The notes under the pieces were generated by a model. That model saw only the letters and a list, made by a program, of their open reading frames with translations, did not search any database and was not told the origin of the DNA. Shown piece by piece: positions 60,153-64,000 of a stretch of DNA of 64,000 nucleotides. The position numbers and the translations under genes were made by a program. Position 1 is the stretch's first letter. Each line of letters begins with the position of its first letter. The DNA lies in NCBI GenBank assembly GCA_965243395.1, contig CBDEUS010000002.1, positions 160,001-224,000 of the forward strand, written 5' to 3'. Source of the stretch: Gammaproteobacteria bacterium. GTDB taxonomy: Bacteria > Pseudomonadota > Gammaproteobacteria > UBA4575.

Positions 60153-60282
60153 AGCTACATAAAAGCTTAGGGATGAAACAAAGTCAATACGGGCCTGGCC
60201 TAAATTATAGATATCTAATTGGAGATTATTAGAAAAGAATTAGCATACTTCTCTAGTAAATTGGTGAGTTGAATGTTTACCT

Positions 60283-60993
60283 TTACTCTACTATCGGAGC
60301 AGTCGGTGTTTGCTTAGGTCTTGTATATCTGACAATAGATTGGATATTGTTGAAAGGATATTCGAACGAAACCGTGCCGCCTCCAGCCTGCTGTTCAATA
60401 GTGACGGAATCTTCAGATGTTTTAACTAAAGTTCCTGCAGATTTTTCACCATCATTAAATGTGACTTCTACATTTGCACCGATTGCAGAATTAGCATTTT
60501 CAATGGGGACATTTATTGCACGAGGCTTACTTTTACCAATGTTTTTAACCGTCTCATCTTCCTTAGGTGCAAGCGGTTCTATCTCGCTAGATGTGAATCG
60601 ATCTTTATCAGTACTCAATATCGGATCATAAGCTTCGTCATCTTCCAGCTCAACTTGTGCAGCTTCATCTTCATTAGGTAATGGTTCATCGGGGGGCACA
60701 GCCGTAGGAATACTACTAACAATTTCATGTTCACTTATTATGGGCATAGTTTTTAAACCACCACCATAAATGCCAATTGCTGCTATGACTAAACCAACCA
60801 AAGACATGGCAAAACCATTGCGCGCCTGGCTGTTTGTCCATTTTACAAAACTATATACTGGTACAAAAACCGGAGGCAAAATCATTACCAATAAACCCCA
60901 AATAAAACTTTCTTTAAAAGCGTCCAGCAATACCATGATCATTCCTACAAGAAGCAGTAGTAACGCTAGAATTAAAACTATTTGAGCGAGCAT
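60283..60993 (-). CDS. Hypothetical membrane protein
   Basis: AFKESFIWGL TM domain, acidic linker and small C-terminal beta domain. Confidence 0.65.
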   Translation of the reverse strand: MLAQIVLILALLLLLVGMIMVLLDAFKESFIWGLLVMILPPVFVPVYSFVKWTNSQARNGFAMSLVGLVIAAIGIYGGGLKTMPIISEHEIVSSIPTAVPPDEPLPNEDEAAQVELEDDEAYDPILSTDKDRFTSSEIEPLAPKEDETVKNIGKSKPRAINVPIENANSAIGANVEVTFNDGEKSAGTLVKTSEDSVTIEQQAGGGTVSFEYPFNNIQSIVRYTRPKQTPTAPIVE

Positions 60994-61027
60994 ATTTTTT
61001 TAAATAATTTCCTAAACCAGTTTGTGA

Positions 61028-62938
61028 CTACTCTGCAAGATAACTGTTTGCATGTAGCGAAGATTCAAGCTCTCTTAGAACTAGCTCTTTAGCTTCGCCT
61101 GTTACATTATGGCGGCTAATCCGCTCCAACCAAAGTTGTTGCATACGGTCAGTATCAATATGCAGATAAGATAGTATTTCTGCTACGGTATCGCCAGGCT
61201 CTTCATCACAAATTTGATGAGATCCATCCTCGTTCATCACTATATTTACCGCGTTGGTATCTCCAAACAAATTATGCATATCTCCCAGTATTTCCTGATA
61301 TGCGCCAACCAAGAATATCCCTAGTATATAATCTTGTTGTTCTTTGAATTCGTGCAAGGACAAATATGACTGTAGCCCCTCGCCCTGAACATAACAATCA
61401 ATACGTCCATCTGAATCACATGTTAAGTCATAAATTCTTGAATGAATCGCAGGGTACTCATTCAATTTATGCAAGGGCATAATCGGAAAGATTTGCCGCA
61501 AACCCCAAATGTCAGGTGTGGATTGAAATAAAGAAAAATTACAAAAATATTTTGCTACTAGTTTATCTTCAAGCGCCAAGCGATGTTCCTCATTTAAAAT
61601 ATTCTCTGAATTTAGCAGCTCCCGATAACAGTAACTCGAAAGTTTTTCTGATAATGCTTTATCGAACAAGGGTAATTTTCCTTTTGAAAATTCTCTCTCG
61701 ATTTCTTCAATAATTTTTTCCAGTTCAAGATAATGTTTAAGAATAGTTTTTGATACTTCAACATTATTCAGACTAGCCTTGATAGTTTTAATTTGCTCAA
61801 TAAATTGTTTCAAGTGAACATTTTCCGCTTGTTCTTTTAATAGTTCCTGACACTCATTTTTAGAATCGATGTGCGAGAATTCTGCATCAATAACATTCGT
61901 AAACAAAACCGCATGATAAGCTGTCATAGCGCGGCCATTTTCGCTGATAATGATAGGTGCTTTTAAAGAATGTTCGTCACAATTTGTTTTGACCACGTTG
62001 ACTATCGTATTAGCATAGTCTTGTAATGAATAATCCATAGAAAAGTATTGTCCCGATAAACTACCTTCATAATCTACCGCTAATCCTCCTCCAATATTTA
62101 ATTCCTGAAACTCAATGCCATGTTGAGATAATTGAACAAAGTAATGCATGGCTTCTGTAATTCCGGATTGAATATCATGTAAACACGGAATTTGTGACCC
62201 CATATGAAAATGTAGCATTTTCATCCATTCAAGCGCATTGTTAGCTTGCAGCTCTTTTACTAAATTAATCACCTCATTTGAAGTTAAGCCAAACTTTGAA
62301 TGCTCACCTCCGGTATTTTGCCAATTTCCTTTTGCGATAGAAGACAAACGTACTCGCATACCTAAATGTGCTTGCACATTAAGTTGTGAACATTGCTCTA
62401 TTACATGTTTATATTCAGCTAAACTTTCTAATACGATAATTACTTTATGTCCCAACAAGCCCCCTAACAATGCCAAACGAATATATGACTGGTCCTTGTA
62501 ACCGTTGCAAATAATAGTGAGTGCTTTATCTGTTATTCCGTAACAAGCCATGAGCTCAGCTTTACTACCTATTTCAAAAACAATTGACCATTCAGCTTGT
62601 TGCTGAAAGTGTTGAATAACAGAGGCTTGCTGGTTAACTTTAATTGGATAAGCTGCAACATACTTACCATCGTAACGGTAATCATGTATCGCTTGCTCAA
62701 ATGCTACACATAATGTCCTTAAAGACTGTTGTAGTATTTGTGGAAATCGCACTAAAGCAGGTAACGCGACACCTTGTTTTCTGATCGACTTACTTAATTC
62801 GTATAGGTCCAGCTCAGAATTGTCAGCTTTTACGATTACATTACCCTCATGATTGACATCAAAATGTCCTGCACTCCAACGATCAACACGATAATGATGC
62901 TTTGCCTTGGCGGCATTCCATGTTTTTCGATCGTTCAT
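61028..62938 (-). CDS. speA: Biosynthetic arginine decarboxylase
   Basis: YPIKVNQ, CNGYKD, HFHMGSQ, TCDSDG, GAYQEILGDMHNLFG. Confidence 0.96.
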   Translation of the reverse strand: MNDRKTWNAAKAKHHYRVDRWSAGHFDVNHEGNVIVKADNSELDLYELSKSIRKQGVALPALVRFPQILQQSLRTLCVAFEQAIHDYRYDGKYVAAYPIKVNQQASVIQHFQQQAEWSIVFEIGSKAELMACYGITDKALTIICNGYKDQSYIRLALLGGLLGHKVIIVLESLAEYKHVIEQCSQLNVQAHLGMRVRLSSIAKGNWQNTGGEHSKFGLTSNEVINLVKELQANNALEWMKMLHFHMGSQIPCLHDIQSGITEAMHYFVQLSQHGIEFQELNIGGGLAVDYEGSLSGQYFSMDYSLQDYANTIVNVVKTNCDEHSLKAPIIISENGRAMTAYHAVLFTNVIDAEFSHIDSKNECQELLKEQAENVHLKQFIEQIKTIKASLNNVEVSKTILKHYLELEKIIEEIEREFSKGKLPLFDKALSEKLSSYCYRELLNSENILNEEHRLALEDKLVAKYFCNFSLFQSTPDIWGLRQIFPIMPLHKLNEYPAIHSRIYDLTCDSDGRIDCYVQGEGLQSYLSLHEFKEQQDYILGIFLVGAYQEILGDMHNLFGDTNAVNIVMNEDGSHQICDEEPGDTVAEILSYLHIDTDRMQQLWLERISRHNVTGEAKELVLRELESSLHANSYLAE

Positions 62939-63013
62939 AAATATGATGACTTTTCTATATATTTTTATTTACAGTAGGCAGTCAAATAATAAAGTTTACT
63001 TGGACAATTTAGT

Positions 63014-63868
63014 ATGCAGGATAATAACTGGTTCACCGAAAAATGTAGCGAATGTAGCACCGCATTTTCATTAGAAACTGAGAGCAAGCTGCATGAAGAA
63101 CAAACCCCATTCCAGAATATTGAAATTTATGCAACCAAAGCGTTTGGTAATCTCATGGTCATTGATGGCTTTATCATGTTAACGGAACGTGACAACTTTA
63201 TATACCATGAGATGATCTCGCATCCTGCACTATTTAGTCATTCCAAACCTGCCGATGTGCTGATCGTAGGTGGAGGTGACTGCGGTACACTTCGCGAAGT
63301 AGTAAAACACCAATGCGTGAAAAATATTACTCAAGTAGAAATCGATCAGCGTGTAACGGAGTTATCAAAACAATATTTTCCTAAACTTTGTGATTCAAAC
63401 CATGACCCACGTGTAGATTTAATTTTCGATGACGCCATCGAATGGGTGAAAAATGCGGCTACAGAATCATTGGATGTAATTATTGTTGACAGCACAGACC
63501 CTATTGGGCCAGCCAAAGGTTTGTTTTCTACTCCTTTTTACCAGGATTGCGCACGCATACTTAAAGAAGACGGCTTAATTATTCAGCAAAGTGAATCACC
63601 ACTCGCTCATCTTGAGAGCATTATTCTACCCATGCAAAAGTGCATGCAGACTGCAGGTTTTAATGACATTCAACTAATAAATTTCCCAATAGCTACTTAT
63701 CCTACAGGTTGGTGGACAGCAACCATGGCAAGTAAAAAATCGACAATTGATTTCTCACGTGAAACAGAGTCACGCAATGTTGAATTTTCTACGCATTATT
63801 ACAATCATGCTATGCATAATGCCTGTTTTGCCACACCTGAATTTGTGAAGCGTAAATTAAACGAATAA
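63014..63868 (+). CDS. speE: Polyamine aminopropyltransferase (spermidine synthase)
   Basis: YHEM, VLIVGGGDCG, IVDSTDP. Confidence 0.95.
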   Translation: MQDNNWFTEKCSECSTAFSLETESKLHEEQTPFQNIEIYATKAFGNLMVIDGFIMLTERDNFIYHEMISHPALFSHSKPADVLIVGGGDCGTLREVVKHQCVKNITQVEIDQRVTELSKQYFPKLCDSNHDPRVDLIFDDAIEWVKNAATESLDVIIVDSTDPIGPAKGLFSTPFYQDCARILKEDGLIIQQSESPLAHLESIILPMQKCMQTAGFNDIQLINFPIATYPTGWWTATMASKKSTIDFSRETESRNVEFSTHYYNHAMHNACFATPEFVKRKLNE

Positions 63869-63952
63869 GAACTGATCCTGCGTTACAAGCATACAGTACA
63901 TCCCTGGCAGAAAATTGCTCCTGCGTTGTCAGCATTCAGTATATCCATGTAC
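63867..63952 (+). repeat. Two tandem copies of a TGCTCCTGC...CATCC(A/C)TG small repeat
   Basis: AAGAACTGATCCTGCGTTACAAGCATACAGTACATCCCTG and GCAGAAAATTGCTCCTGCGTTGTCAGCATTCAGTATATCCATGTAC; related to the 58620-58669 insert. Confidence 0.6.
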
Positions 63953-63954
63953 AT

Positions 63955-63982
63955 AAAAAAAGCGCCTCATATAGAGGCGCTT
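63955..63982. terminator. Terminator hairpin, probably bidirectional
   Basis: A run followed by AAGCGCCTC-5-GAGGCGCTT. Confidence 0.75.
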
Positions 63983-64000
63983 AAAGGTTGTGCCTTAAGT

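Noticed and set aside
2321-62501. Many short ORFs antisense to or overlapping real genes (e.g. 2321-2644, 9416-9667, 15542-15934, 26641-27048, 29629-30189, 60269-60631)
   Set aside because: Shadow ORFs with no motifs, overlapping well-supported genes or repeat sites

Overview
This is a gammaproteobacterial chromosome window in two parts. Positions 1-24.3 kb are an accessory island lying downstream of tRNA-Phe (24294-24369, minus strand), and no integrase is visible in the window. The island carries a tRNA-Cys-like element with an abnormal anticodon loop, an XRE/ImmA(IrrE) pair, a displaced tRNA 3' half and an orphan R-M controller-like gene with a C-box. It also holds a 7-kb array of small gene modules, an orphan small-terminase-like gene, a PqiABC + RND efflux + channel + esterase block and a TolB-like TPR regulator. 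The main unexplained structure is in 2.4-9.4 kb. There, every gene module is delimited by ~30-bp imperfect palindromes (consensus AATGTCCGCT-WTNGGYCGWW-AGCGGACATT) whose asymmetric cores alternate in orientation. The layout resembles pdif modules, but the arms are neither Xer nor attC, so it is a candidate undescribed gene-cassette system. Positions 24.4-64 kb are mostly core genome: yggX, mutY, asmA, moaC/D, degQ, cbpA, hsp20, yicC, rph, rdgB, hemW, rpmE, adk, hemH, an ECF sigma operon, priA, argS, nadA, a fae homolog and speA/speE. This part also has a DARS-like DnaA-box triplet before rpmE, DnaA boxes before priA and a family of small hairpin repeats. All calls come from reading the sequence and recalled motifs; no database search was run.
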